A DNA stretch of 63,094 nt, the filler included, from Dimorphilus gyrociliatus (lineage: Eukaryota > Animalia > Annelida), in the NCBI GenBank assembly GCA_904063045.1. It is 4 parts of 4 records of this genome, joined end to end, with 100 filler letters (N's around TTAATTAATTAA, not from the genome) between each part and the next. Parts side by side here need not be neighbours in the genome. Positions count along the whole stretch, not along the records: positions 1 to 27,504 come from CAJFCJ010000148.1; 3 more parts are not named here. The stretch is one strand, 5' to 3'. Each line of letters opens with the position of its first letter. Positions within the stretch are counted from its first letter, which is position 1. Below are positions 1 to 13,073 of the stretch, in pieces. The notes under the pieces were generated by a model, which was not told the origin of the DNA, did no database searches, and worked only from the letters and a program-made list of their open reading frames with translations. The position numbers were made by a program, and so were the translations under genes.

Positions 1-919
1 AAAGGTTAGTGCTGTAACACCAAAATTATGTAATTTCCATAAATCTTTATTAATAATATGAATAATGATTAAATTAAAATTTAAAATTAAACCTGCAAAT
101 TGGTTGCAGCTTGATATAACTGTTAAATAAATGTTGTCGAACACCATCTACAAAGATTTTTTCATTCTTTGAAAAAAAAGGAAATTTTCTTTGATCGATG
201 GTGCGTTAAAAAATTATTCTTTTGAATTATTGATGAATATCAATGGACATTGTTGTTCCATTAGATTACAGATGTTTTACTTTGTTAACATTCACCTACT
301 GTAAAATTACTTGATACAGAGAGAAATCTTTTGCTTATTTGTATCGTTGTATAGTTCGTTATTCCATTTACAGTAGATTTACAAACACATTACTTTTTAA
401 TATCTATGTAAACAGTTCTACAGTTAAGCGTCTGAAAGCTTCATAAAGTGTCTATTCATAGAAATATTTTAATAACTAATTCATGCAACTTTCACCTAGT
501 AATTTTAAAATTTTTTCCAAATGACAAAATGTCTTTGTCAATATTTTCTTCTATTGTAGAAATATTGCGAATAAGTAACACATGTACTTTTCTACCAGTT
601 TTCAATTTCTATTTTTTGAAATAACGTACCATCATTACAAGATAAATTTTAAAGTTATGACTATGATGTTTTATCAGTAAAATCCTATTTTTTGGGGACA
701 TTTTCTATAAATAAGAGAACAAGTATTTTCATAAATGGGTAGGTTTAAAAAAAGGGTTAGATTGTCCTAACTGAACTACTGTAAAGTTCGTATTGAACAT
801 ATTCTATATCTTATCTAAGAAAAAGCAATATACAAAGACAATTAATTTTTTTTAAAAGTTATTCAAGTTTTAATGACAAATTGTAATTTTTTTTGTTTTT
901 ATTGAGTATATATTAAGAA

Positions 920-2574
920 TAAAGTGGACGACAGGTATGTTGGAACACTTCAAATTTTTATAGGCCAAAAATCTTTTTCGTGATGAAAAAAGATTATTTT
1001 TTTTATTTTTTTAGTGTTTAATAATAGGTTAAACTTGCAATTTTATATAAATTTCTTTAAAACAGCAATTAGGTATGTTTTTACATATTTTTTTTTATAG
1101 AAATTACCATAGTTTTCTGATTTTTTTTTCTTATTTGGCTGCACAACATATTTATTGGAACAATGTTCAATAGTTAAATTTTTGGTCTACTTTTGTATGT
1201 GCCCACCCTCTCTTTCTATACATTTGCTTATTCTAAGGCCCATTCCCCCATATAAGCCTGGCAACAAGAGTGGATTTCTGTTGATAACCTTGTAGGAGCA
1301 TTTCTTAACCTTTTCCCACAGTTCATCCTCTGTCTCAAACTGTGGACCATCATAGACCATTGTCTTGGTCAGATGCCACATGTTCTCTATTGGACTTAGA
1401 TCAGGGCTCCTTGCTGGCCAATCTATGGGCTTGATATTATAAAAATTTATTTTAAAGGCCCTTTTTGTTTTTCTTGCAGTGTGACAGCCAGCATTGTCTT
1501 GCTGGAAGATGTACTGCCTGCCCATTTTTGCCTCAATTTCTTCTATGACAGGCAGAACATCTTCCACAATGAAGGAGCTATAGTTTTCAGCATTCAGCTT
1601 GCTCCTTATCCTCCAGACTTCAAATATGCCGTCAGAGGTTATCAACCCCCACACCAATACTCCACCTCTCCCCATAATTTTTGTGACTGAAGTCCTTTTC
1701 GCTGTTACTGGTCCAAGTCCTAAAATTGTCAGGTCCACTTAGCGAAAACCTAGCCTCATCAGTAAAAATAACCCTAGACCAGTCTAGATTTTCACTAAAA
1801 ACTTTGAGGCAATACGATTTTCTGCATTTACAGTCTTTGAAGGTGAGATCAGTTCTTTGTCTGACTCTTTTATATTTGAAATTTTGTCTTTTCAGCTCCC
1901 TCTGTATTGTTCTTATGCTTACATCTACTTCTAATTCTTTTAATATATTTGCTGCTGTCACTCTTTGCTTGTTATCTTTCAGTTTCTTTAAAATTCTTTT
2001 CATCTTCACTATCTCTCTGTCAGAAAGCTTCTTTGAACCTCCCCTATTGTCTTGTTCAGGCTTCTTATACTAATTGATGATGGTGCCATTCCTAAAACTC
2101 TTGCTGTTGCCCTTAATTTGCCTATTTCACTATATTTCTTGATTACCAAATCCCTTATATCTTGACTCCAAACCATAATTAAAAAACTACAATATAAATT
2201 ATGTACAGTAATTTTTAATATTCAATAACCAATTAACTTAACTTAAAACAGGAAAAAAGTTGAAAATTTTTTGTTTGAGACATCTATTTGAATGTCAAAT
2301 AGATTAAATTGATGTCAACTCAATGTTCCAATAAACATGTCGCGCGGCCAAATAAAGAAAAAACTTATGAAAATTATTAAAAATTTTTGCTAATAATGTT
2401 CACAAAATATTATCATTTTCTTAAATTTTTTTCAATATTATGTCAATTTAACTCTTTTTCTATATAAATTTAGACAACAAATACTAATTTGCAGAGGACA
2501 AACAATTTTAACCATTAATTAAAAATTGGCCTATCAAAATTTACGGTGTCCATATATACATGTCGTCCACTTTA
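920..2574 (-). mobile_element. Tc1/Tc3-like DNA transposon with outer and inner inverted repeats; transposase inactivated
   Basis: TIR taaagtggacgaca at 920 and tgtcgtccacttta at 2561-2574 followed by TA; inner inverted pair near 1131-1165 and 2323-2356 (ttatttggc..acat.tttattggaaca); encloses transposase fragments. Confidence 0.9.
1187..2176 (-). pseudogene. Frameshifted Tc1-family DDE transposase
   Basis: Three frames: MVWSQDIRDL (ATG 2176), ORF 1632-2009 with VIFTDEARFSLSGPD, ORF 1187-1738 with FQQDNAGCH and WPARSPDLSPIEN; frameshifts near 2070 and 1735. Confidence 0.9.
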
Positions 2575-3193
2575 TACAGTAAAATATAAATGATTACTCA
2601 ATCATTTTTTAGTTGATATATATCTTCTTTGTAACATTTTTCTTACAAATTTTCCAAATGAAAAAATATCTTTCTTTCCATTTAAATCATCCAGAAGAGT
2701 GAATTTAAGTGGAATTATAAAAAGTTCAAAATAATCTGGTTTCAATTCCTGTAATTTTTTTTTAATCCAAAATGTAAATAAGGGTTAGTTCAATAATAAA
2801 CAAATTTTTTTTTACCAAAAGTAGTATATTCATTTCATCAAATTCGCCATTGAATGAAAATTTATTGTCATGATAATGTTGAATTGCCAGAAGACATGTT
2901 CTCATATAAATAAAAAATTTTTGAACATCTTTAAACAATTCTTCTTTTGAACTAAATTTATTTAGAAAACTATGCAATTTTGTACACTTTGTAAATCTTT
3001 GATGCAATATGTCAACAAAGTGAAGAGCTATATTTATAATTTATGGAATAATTTGAGTGTTTTTTTTTTTCAAGTTGACATTTATTTAAAAAACCTTCAT
3101 TCCTTACTGAAGAAGCAACACTTTTTATAAGAAATTTTCTACATTTTTTAAAATAGGAAATTTTAAAATGTCATTTAATGATTTATTTTATTT

Positions 3194-6100
3194 TTACTTT
3201 CTCTTTAGCTGTCTTCTTTTCTTATCTTTCCAAAAAGAGGAAAATTCACCGAATGCATGAAATATTGGATTTAAAACTGAATTTATTGGAATAAACATAA
3301 TTACAATAAAAGTGTAAACATCATTACTCATTTGTACATTTGAAAAGACAGACCAAATTCCTGAAGAAAGAAAACCATTTTATGTTTTCTATTAAATATT
3401 TGGATTTTTATAAAAAATTTGAAAAAAATACCTAACACAGAAATTGGACACCAAATAATTATATTTGATGAAATAATGAAATAAATTGAAAGGGAAATAT
3501 TTTTAGTTTTTCCAAAAGTTTTTTTGCTATCTCTAACTGTTTTCAAAATCAAAATATAAAGAAAAGTATTTGCTAGACAGGATAGAAAGACAAAAACACC
3601 AAAAACAATAAATGAATAATAAGATATTCTTTGTTTTTCAGTTCTTATTTGTAATTTAAAGCAAATGGGAGATTTATCAAAAAAATCCTACAAGAAAAGA
3701 ATGCTATTTTTAGTTTGATAATTGAAGAATTCAAATATTTATTTAAATATTACAAACATCAAAGTAATATATAGGAAATATAGCCAAAATAGTACAGAAT
3801 AAAAATGAAAAGAGTGTTGCTAATATTGAGAATTTTTTGGAGAATTGTCCACTTACAAGGGAGTTTATTGCATAAAATTTTTCATAACTTATCAACAATA
3901 GGCTAACTGATGAAAATAATAATGAAAAGTTCATTAAACTTCCAATAAGTTTACAAAGATTTCCAGAAGTCCAATTGTGTTGGTGTTCAAAAAATACATC
4001 TCTAAAATAGATATCAGCTGATCCTAAAACAATCAAACAAACTGGAATTAATATGTCACTAATTGATAATGATACATAAAAAATATGTGATATTCTTCTA
4101 AATTTAGCAATTCTAAAGAAAATTGAAAAAATATTTCCAATAAAACCAAAAGTACCAAATAGCCATATTATAATTTTTAACAGTATTGAAGCTAATAAAT
4201 CTGAACATGTATTGAAAATTGATTGCATTGGTGTACAATTTATAATAGATTTTTGATATTTCCATACAAAACAGCATAATAGAAAAAAATCACTTTTAAC
4301 ATTTTCTATAAAATTTAAATATTTAACAATAGTTTTACTTTCATTAATTGGATATTTTGACAATGATATATCAATCATTTTTAGAGAATTTTCTAAAAAT
4401 AACTCCATTTCTATATATTTTATATAGCAATTTATCATTTTTAAAACATTCAACTTTGCCAAATGACCAAAAAATGAATGTTCAAGCGAATTTATCTTTG
4501 TATATGAAAAATCTAAATAGATTATATTAGGAAGAAATTTACTATTAATGACTTTTTTTAATGGATTTCTTGATAAATCTAGATATTGTAGAAGAAATAA
4601 TTTCAATTCAATTACATTTTCCATACTCTTTATATTGTTTTGTTGTAAATTCAAATGAACTAGATTTTGGACATGAAAATTCTCTAGAAATTTTCCTATA
4701 TTACAATTTTGTATTGTTAAATGGATGAGATAATAAGATATCAACTTTCCATGAATTTTTTGAAAATTATATAAAGCCATTCTTTTATATATTTTTGTAA
4801 TGTTGGTTAGATGGAAAAATGTTTGCATTTTTGGTGAACAAGAAATATTATAGGCTTGTAAACATATACAATTGTTTAGACAAGGTTGATTTAATTGTTG
4901 AGAACAGAATAATTCATCATTCCCCAATTTACAATTCTTAATTCCATTGCAAACTTCAGTTAGATTAATGTATAGATCTTGATTTTTGCACTTGAAAAAA
5001 CCTTCTGGTTTGTAATTGTCTAAAGAAAAATGAATGCCATTGATTACTATTTAAAAAATAGGCCAAAAAAAAGTTAGTGGTATGAAACACGTCTTTTGGC
5101 ACTGCATATATACAGTATAATGTATATTTTAATATTTACTGCAATTTTCTTCATCTTCATTAGCCCAACAATGATTAATTCCATCGCAAACCTGTTTAAT
5201 TGATATACAATATTTCATTGTTGAACACAGGAAATAACCTTTAAGACAAGATTTTCTATTACAATGACCAATATTTGAAAATGGTCTGTGAGTCTTTGTT
5301 ATAAGATCTCCCATAGAGTTATAATCTAATTGGCAGAACTGATTACTGTTAATTGCAATTCTGTTAAAAAAAAAACATTAAATAGAAAATACTCGTGTTT
5401 TTCAAAAATATCGATAAAAGTGAAATTTTATACTTTTTAATAAAATCTTTAGTTAGTGTTTTTACACAGAATAAAGACTGTTCATCAGATCCATCAAGGC
5501 AGTTGTATACCATATCACATTTTGAATTTGAATTTTGACATTTTCCATCACAAAATATTTGGTATTTTTCATTACAAGCTGTTTTTTCCATTTCTGTAAA
5601 TAAATTAGAATAATTAGCATAATGACTATTCTTTTTTTTTGATAAACTGTTTTACAAAAAACCAAAAGAGGAGAAAAAAATGGCAAATTACTTTCTATGA
5701 TGAGAGATCTATTAAGTTTTACATTATATTTTAAACATTTTTCATCGCTATCATCCAAACAGTTGATTTCGTTGTCGCATATTTGATCAATGTAAATACA
5801 TTGGCCAGTTTCGCATTGTCTATGATTCGAATAATTATTTTTTAAACTAATCGAAGTTTAATATGATAATTTTTTAACAACCTGTCACTTGGATCGCAAT
5901 CTTCTCTATCTAAATACAAAATATTGAGCTGTTATTGTAATAAAAGACAAAAAATGCGGTATTACAGCAAAAGAGCTCATCGGATTTATCTGGACAATCA
6001 TTATTGAAATCACAGACCAGTTGATACGCAATTTGTATATTTGAATCTATACATTGAAATTTAGAGATTGTTGAACAATTTTGCTCATCTTCCCCAGACA

Positions 6101-9077
6101 AACAATCCAGGTTGCCATCACAAACTTGAATGAGACTAATACATAGAAAATCCTTTGAACATTGAAAAGTTGAAAAACCGCAATCAATTGGTATTTTAAT
6201 AAAAGAGTTGAAAATTTTTGTTCTTTTAATGAAAAAAAATTAAAAAATATTATATTAATATTATACTAATTCTAGAATTGAAATATCACTTTGTCAGTTC
6301 AATTGCAGTATTTTTCATATCTTAAAAAGTTGAAATAATCAAAAAATTGATTTCAAGTTAAAAAAGACAAAATAGTATTTTACTTGGATAATTTTGGCAA
6401 AATAATACGTTTGATAATTTATGCATACAGGAAACTGGTTGTCGAAAATAATACTCAACTTTTTGAAATTCAATATTAGTACTATCTTTAACATATTGGA
6501 AACAGTCATTCTCTAATGCAAACATTTTCTTATAGAAAAATGTTAAAAAGGAATTAACTGTCTGATTTGTGCTGAAAAATATCAAATTCTGTGGGAAAAA
6601 GGTTTTTAAATATATATATATTTAAATAAAAAGAATAAATAGTCTTTGCAGAGAACATTTTTTAAAAAAAAATTGGATAAAAAAATTTCTGGTAAACCAC
6701 TTGAACTCGTTTTCATAATTAGATTTGTCTTCTTTTTTAAACCTTCGAACGAAGATTCAAATATAATTTTTTAATTTTTATTTCATTTTTTTTTTACTTG
6801 TTGGAATTTTCAAAAACTTTTCTTCAGAATCACTGTGAAGTTGGTTTTTATGAGTAATGTCAAATAAATAGAATTGCAGTAACAAAAGATAATCAAATAT
6901 TTGAAAAGGATAATTTAACGGCTCATCGAATAGAGTAAAATTTTTACTGTTGCATATCATTTCCATTTCCATGTAAGATATTTTGGATTTTGAATAAAAT
7001 AGATAATAGCAAGTAGTAACAATTTGAATACCATCTTTACAGCCTGATTAAAAAAAAAATTTAGCCTTGGAGTGAGAAGAAAAATATTTTACATTGCATT
7101 TGAATTTTCTAACTTTACCTGATGTATTTTCTTTTGTGCATTGAATTTTAAAATATCTGTAAGTTTCTTCTATTTCGTCACTCGCACTTTGGTGTAAAAT
7201 AAATAAATTAATGAATATACATATATATATATATATATATATTTTTGAATTTTTCTCTTTCCATATCTAAAGGAGTGTGATATGAAGGATATTATCTTTT
7301 AAAGAGAAAATATATGCTTTTTTGCTTTAAATCTCAGAGATATAGATTGTTTTTTTTTTGTTATGTGATAGGCCTATTAGTGGAGAGGAGTAAGCATCAG
7401 TTGTGTTGAAAAATTTCAATATTTCACATTCACTTTTTATACATTACAAAGGAAAGAAGGCTTAGAACAATTAATGATATGTTCACTAAATACTAAGACA
7501 TTAATAAAACACAATATTCTATCAATTGAATGTAAAAATAACAAGAAAATATCCTCAATAATTTAAATATGAAAAGAGAAAACATTAACAATAAAGTGTA
7601 ACAATGACTTTCATTGGCTGGTGGTGTATTAAATATTTACTAACATATTCCTTAAATCCGACTGGAACCACTCTAAAATTTTACATTCCTTCAACTTTTC
7701 ATTTGATTGATTACATTTTAAATCTACAATATTTTCATGTCGAAAATATACTAATGAAATATTATTGATTATTCGAAGAAATCCAGAAGAAAATCCAAAA
7801 TGTTCACAGATTAACTTTATTTCAAATTGTTGAATTGTTACAGTTGAAATTCCATACCAGTTATTTGAAAAGAAAACTTGCAAAAAGCCAGAATATTCTT
7901 CTAAATTCTGTTGTTTGATCTCACTCGATGAAAAGAGCGAATAATTTTCATCGAATAACCTAAAACTATAATCTGAAATTTTTATTTCTAAAAGTTAGAA
8001 TAAACTTTGTTTGAATGTTCTCATAAAAAAACCTGAAATGTTTTTTGGTCTTTCTTCGCAAGGAACATTAAAATACATTTTATGATATGAAAAACTAGTC
8101 ATGTAACAAGCAAAGGAATCTTGATTATCAACTTTAGTACACATTGACAAGAGGGAATGATTTCTTGCCTCTGGCTATTTTTTTTTAAAAAAAAATTTCT
8201 GTTTCATTTTTACTATTGGAAACTTTTTTTCAGACAACAATAGGATAATATAACCTTAACTATAAGCTTTATTGTAGGAGTATAAAAAGCACAATAATCA
8301 AATTTCTAGGTGGATAAGATTGCAAATTTTTAATTTTAAAAAAAAAGAATTCAACTGTTACAAACCTTATAAGAAGAGAGAAAAGTGTCATACAAAAGTG
8401 GCTTAGGGAACAAAGACAATGTTCTACACACGTGATTTGCAATAAGTTCTTTTGACGGTCCCATATATATCTGAGCTATAGTGGTATATGGAAATTTGAG
8501 TGGTTTTGATGTTTTTGAATAATCAGTAGAGTGTATGGTGAAATTTAAATGCATTTCTGAAGAAATGTTTGAAAGAATTACTTAAAGCTTCCACTATTTC
8601 TAAAGAAATTGAAAAATTAATTCAAAATTCCCTCTAAAATATGTAATCTTCAATAGCCTTTTTTTAAAATTAAATGCAGAGTTTTCCCCTTTTTTTATAT
8701 TCAAAAATCTCCAAAATTTTTAAAAAGTGTTTGGCCTTCTCAAGAATAATCTTACCTGACACCTTTCCAAATGAGCATAACACCGTTGATCTCCGAGAAT
8801 TTATTAACGTATCGCCAATAATTGGTAAGTTTTTCTTAAAATATGGTATTGTTATTAATCTATATGGAACTCTTGCTTCACCAAATCTGTAGTAGTGAGC
8901 ACTTTCACAAATCTTATCAGTATAATTCATTGAGGAAATTGCGTAATTTTGTCTTTGGAAACGGACAATCGCTGGAAAGCTTTTTGTTTTTTTTTCAACT
9001 CTTCCAAGAAATATGACTGGAAATGTGAATAGGAGAAAAATAACTGAATTATTTTTCAAAATATTTTTATCAGACAT
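3194..9077 (-). CDS. Multi-exon GRL101-like LDLa + LRR rhodopsin-type GPCR (LGR type C-like) with an SRCR-like segment; 5' end uncertain
   Basis: Several LDLa repeats (CDGINHCWANEDEENC, CDFNNDCPDKSDE, CDMVYNCLDGSDE, CNGIKNCKLGNDE); LRRs LVHLNLQQNNI, LQYLDLSRNPL; hinge CSDLL then TM1 IIIWLFGTFGFIGN; TM6 IIWCPISVLG; TM7 INSVLNPIFH; stop TAA 3194-3196; SRCR-like exon 7629-7883; hydrophobic N-terminal exon at 9077. Confidence 0.85.
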
Positions 9078-10449
9078 AGGCCTATTTTTTTGTAGTTTTT
9101 TAAATCAGGGGATATTTTCAACAAATCAATATTTTTTAAATGACTAGAAAATGCAAACCTGGTGACATGACTTTAAAGCATTTTATACATGTACAATCCA
9201 ATTTTTCCACAAAATGTTCTTTATCAGATAATATTTTTTTAAATTTAAAATCGATTTTCAAATATTTATATCCAATCGTTGCTAGATATTTTTTTTTTGG
9301 TGTTTTTTATTAGATAAAGAATGGTTAATTAATTTAAAGTTTATAATAGTTACTTAATGAACATTGACATGAGAATGATTGAGAACCATAAGAATCATAT
9401 TCTAAATTCCAACAAATATCCAGATATACCTTTTCAAGACATCTAGAATGTTTAAATGGAGATGTAACATTTACTTTTGTATTAAATTTATTCAACTTGG
9501 CAACAATATAATTTAAATGTTCTTGAACAATATTCAATTCTATCATAAATTCCATATTACAACTGGTCAGATAAAGATTTATAACAATGATAGGATATTT
9601 TAAAATTATTATATTATTCATAATTTTGAAAGAAAAAATACAAAGAAAAATTCAAAAAATGTGTCTACTTTGGTAGTATTTCTAGAAAATATTGAACCAG
9701 GAATAAAGATATATTTTCTATCTATTTAACATGTTTTAAAAAAAAAAACAATGGTAATATACTCATAATTGGTGTCATGTTTCTAGTAATATAGTACTAT
9801 AGCTGCTACTGAATCTCTAGCTATTGATTTGCAGTAAGGGTTAGGGGTAATCAGTATAGGCCGTTATGTCATAGTGATGATCTAAGTGAGGACAGATAAT
9901 TCTCACTCTTTCCAATATGATTTTTTGTGCTTGATATGTTGATTTGATATTGATTGTCAGGATCTGGTTGTTAGAATGTTTGTAAGAGGAATTGGGGTGT
10001 TGAGGAAAATCATTCTTGGGAACAAATGAAAGTTTGTATTAGTATCTCATAGGGAGAAAATGTATTTTTGAAATCATAAAAGCATAGAATGAGCTAATTT
10101 GAAGGAATACCAATAATTACAACTATTGACACATAAATTAAAAATGACTTGAAAAATTTAAATTTAAATCAACAGCTTTGGAAAAAGTAGTGTCATTATC
10201 CATTTTATAACAAAGTTATATAAATGACTAAGATATTAAAACAAAGCTATGTGTACACATCATCTGCATAAATTCAAAAGGATTTTTTATAATATAATCT
10301 TATATTGGATATGTTTTTTTTTGATGATAAAGATGAAAAAAATAGATATGATTAAACAAAAGATTCATCTGAATGCTACTATAAAGTTAGCTCAATGGGG
10401 ATTTCAATAACAAATTTGTTTATACATTCAGAGAAATTTATAGCAACAA

Positions 10450-10550
10450 AATGCAAAATTGGTGAATATTTATGCCATACAAATGATTTTTGTATATAAA
10501 TTGAACAAGCTTGTGATGGAATTAATCACTGTTACTTGGGCAATGATGAA
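10450..10550 (+). pseudogene. LDLa exon remnant of a GRL101-like paralog
   Basis: Translates KCKIGEYLCHTNDFCI*IEQACDGINHCYLGNDE with TAA at 10497-10499; resembles the minus-strand exon at 5129-5314. Confidence 0.7.
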
Positions 10551-10818
10551 ATTTGATTGTGGTTTGTAATTGAACAATAAAATAATGGAACCAGTGTATT
10601 TATTTAAATATTGCTTTTTTTAGATAATTTCATAAAAAACAAACATAAAAAAATTAATAATCATATTAAAAAATGTTGAATGAAAATTTGATTTTATAAA
10701 ATATTTTTTCACAAAGTTTATTACTGTTTAGAGGTGACCTTGGTCGATGCAAATGCTGATTTATATATTTAAGGTGTCTTCTTAAGAAGAATGAATAGAG
10801 AATTTCGAAAAAAAAAAT

Positions 10819-11200
10819 TTAATCAAATAATACTAGATAACCTACTGTATTGTTAAAATATAGAGGAATACTGAATGTTCTTCCACTAGATGTTACATAA
10901 ATGTATTGATTTTGCCTATATTTTCTTTTCTCCAAAACTGAAAGAATACAAAATTTTGTTGTTTTTAAAATCTTTTCTTTTTTCATAAAAAAAACTCCAA
11001 AATTTTTACTTTGAAAACCAAATGGATTGAGGTGGAAAATGATTAGTGGACAAACATCACCACAAGGCAAATTACAAAAATATTTTTCATATTTATCTGA
11101 ATTTGGTGGAGAAAAGAGAAAAAGTTTGGTTTCTGTGGCATAATAATCTTATTTCTTCAATTCCATCTGACATAATTGTTTTAAAACTGATATAAGTATG
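10819..11200 (-). other. Possible coding exon(s), unknown product; may be a 5' part or paralog of the LGR gene
   Basis: Open frame ...DGIEEIRLYATETKLFLFSPPNSDKYEKYFCNLPCGDVCPLI; no family motif recognised. Confidence 0.25.
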
Positions 11201-11278
11201 CAAATTTTCATTGTTAAAGTCACCATTTTTTCTTTAATTTCATTGTGAGGGAAAATCTATCAATGAAACCAATATTTT

Positions 11279-11487
11279 GGATACGACAGAAAACATCCCC
11301 AAATTCACAGTTTAACCCTAACCCTAACCTAGCCCTTGTCTTCTCCCTAACCTTTTTGATTGCTTCTAACCCTTAGATGGAACCCCCCCCCCTAACTATA
11401 AATCAAAAGCTACTTTACTCCTAACTATTTTTCAGTCCAAAAGGTTGCTTTGAAAAATCTCATTTGGGGACGTTTTCTGTCAGCCCC
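11279..11487. mobile_element. Mutator-type MITE with 9-bp TSD and internal telomere-like repeats
   Basis: TIRs ggatacgacagaaaacatccccaa / ttggggacgttttctgtcagcccc; perfect direct repeat caatatttt at 11270-11278 and 11488-11496; ccctaaccctaacc inside. Confidence 0.85.
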
Positions 11488-12194
11488 CAATATTTTCTTG
11501 ATGCAATGAGGATAATTATGGCTATGCTAAACAAAAAATTGTTTAGATTTTGATTTAAACCTAAAAAAATGTTACCTATTCATATGGCAAAAAAATTTTT
11601 GGTATGATAGGAGTAGCAAAAGTAATCTCTATATACTGGCCAATGCAAGTACTTCTGAAACACTCAAATGCCCATTCATCAGTATAAATTCTACCAAAGG
11701 CTCCAGTACATTGAAAAGCAGTTTGTATTGGTGAGATCCAAAGGCTTTATAGGCCTTAGTGTTATAATATATAGCAGACAGGCAAACAAACAAGCAAACA
11801 AACCTAACACCAACAACAATAACAACTAAAAAAAACATAACTCTTAATGTTTTCTAGATCAATTTCAAGTGTTTCTGGTGAAAAAGTAATTGTTTTAATA
11901 GGAGAATATGTATTGAGTAAATGAGTTTCTAGTTCTGAACAAGCAAGTTTAAACAATCAGCTATTTGTTAGAGAACTGAACTGCCTAGCTAGAGAAATGT
12001 ATTTCCTTTCATACATTTGCCAAAGCTTCGGTTCAATAGGTCAAAGGATTACAAAGTTGAAATCTGACAGTCTCATAATTCTTGTGTAACAAAAATATGA
12101 AAGACTGTTATATAATCAGACAGAATCTATTTCAAAAACTCAGGATGTGATGTAAACTGAAAAAGTGATTGCAAATACATCTGAAATTAAACAT

Positions 12195-13073
12195 TTAAAA
12201 GTTTATTATTTTATAATGACAAACTTTCATATTCTCATTTGCATCTTCAAATGCCTTGATATAGACTCTTTGACAATATTGCATTTCACAACTGCAAAAA
12301 TATTTACAAGTGGAACTATCATCTCCAGATATTAGAGAGCAACCCAGAAAAGATCCTTGAAACAGTGGATCAACTTGCATAATTAAAGGAACATATACTA
12401 AATCCCCAGCAGGTGGCATTCCTTTCAAATTATCTATACACTTTTTGAAATTATGTCCAAAAACCTCAATTTCAAAAGTCATATTAGAATGATCAACAGA
12501 TGGCCATGGTATTCTTAAACTAAATTCCATAGCTAGAGTAACATCAACACAAGTTCCATCAGCTTCACTGTCAGTAATACGTATTAACTTTGTATCTTTC
12601 TGCCTAAATGTGTCTTTAAACACTGGTCCATTAAAACAGCTATTTATATTATTTGATACTTTTAGAGCAGGCGAAACAATATCACAATCAGAAGTTTCTT
12701 TTGTTGAACATCGATTCATTCGATTATCAAATGTATAAATGAAATATTCACAAGTAGTCTCAGATATGCATTTGTCTTTACAAGCAATTAAATCAAATTC
12801 AGTACATTCATCAGAACTGCCACAGTTGGTAGTGTAACATGTCACATCTTGAAATGCAGATCTTTCATAAGAAGCAACATTCTCACTAATGGTATTGGAT
12901 ACTTTGCAATTTTCAGTTGTAAGAATGCAAGCAGTTGTTTCAGAATTGTAGGTAAAACATCTACAGTTGGATTTTGACAGACATCTTTTGGAGCATTCCT
13001 CCAAACTGATACCAATATCAACATCCAAATATGTAGTGAATTGTTCTATTTGAATATGATGTAAAGCGTTCAT
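12195..13073 (-). CDS. Tandem PAN/apple-domain protein with Cys-rich C-terminal domain of unknown family; 5' exon not identified
   Basis: SLEECSKRCLSKSNCRCFTYNSETTACIL and ACKDKCISETTCEYFIY match the PAN C-x3-C-x5-C-x2-F/Y pattern; 292-aa open frame; paralog at 33086-33923. Confidence 0.8.
   Translation of the reverse strand: MNALHHIQIEQFTTYLDVDIGISLEECSKRCLSKSNCRCFTYNSETTACILTTENCKVSNTISENVASYERSAFQDVTCYTTNCGSSDECTEFDLIACKDKCISETTCEYFIYTFDNRMNRCSTKETSDCDIVSPALKVSNNINSCFNGPVFKDTFRQKDTKLIRITDSEADGTCVDVTLAMEFSLRIPWPSVDHSNMTFEIEVFGHNFKKCIDNLKGMPPAGDLVYVPLIMQVDPLFQGSFLGCSLISGDDSSTCKYFCSCEMQYCQRVYIKAFEDANENMKVCHYKIINF

Noticed and set aside
1481-2073. Plus-strand ORFs over the Tc1, and similar short ORFs opposite RPB2, TRIM-LRR, GNAT, homeobox and LRR genes
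   Set aside because: Antisense shadows of real coding sequence.
2762-3007. Protein-kinase-like fragment (LLAIQHYHDNKF..NILLL)
   Set aside because: No HRD, DFG or other catalytic motifs could be traced; resemblance too weak to call.
7212-7242. (AT)n and (CT/AG)n microsatellites here and near 17115, 18560, 32545 and 37020
   Set aside because: Ordinary simple repeats with no evidence of function.
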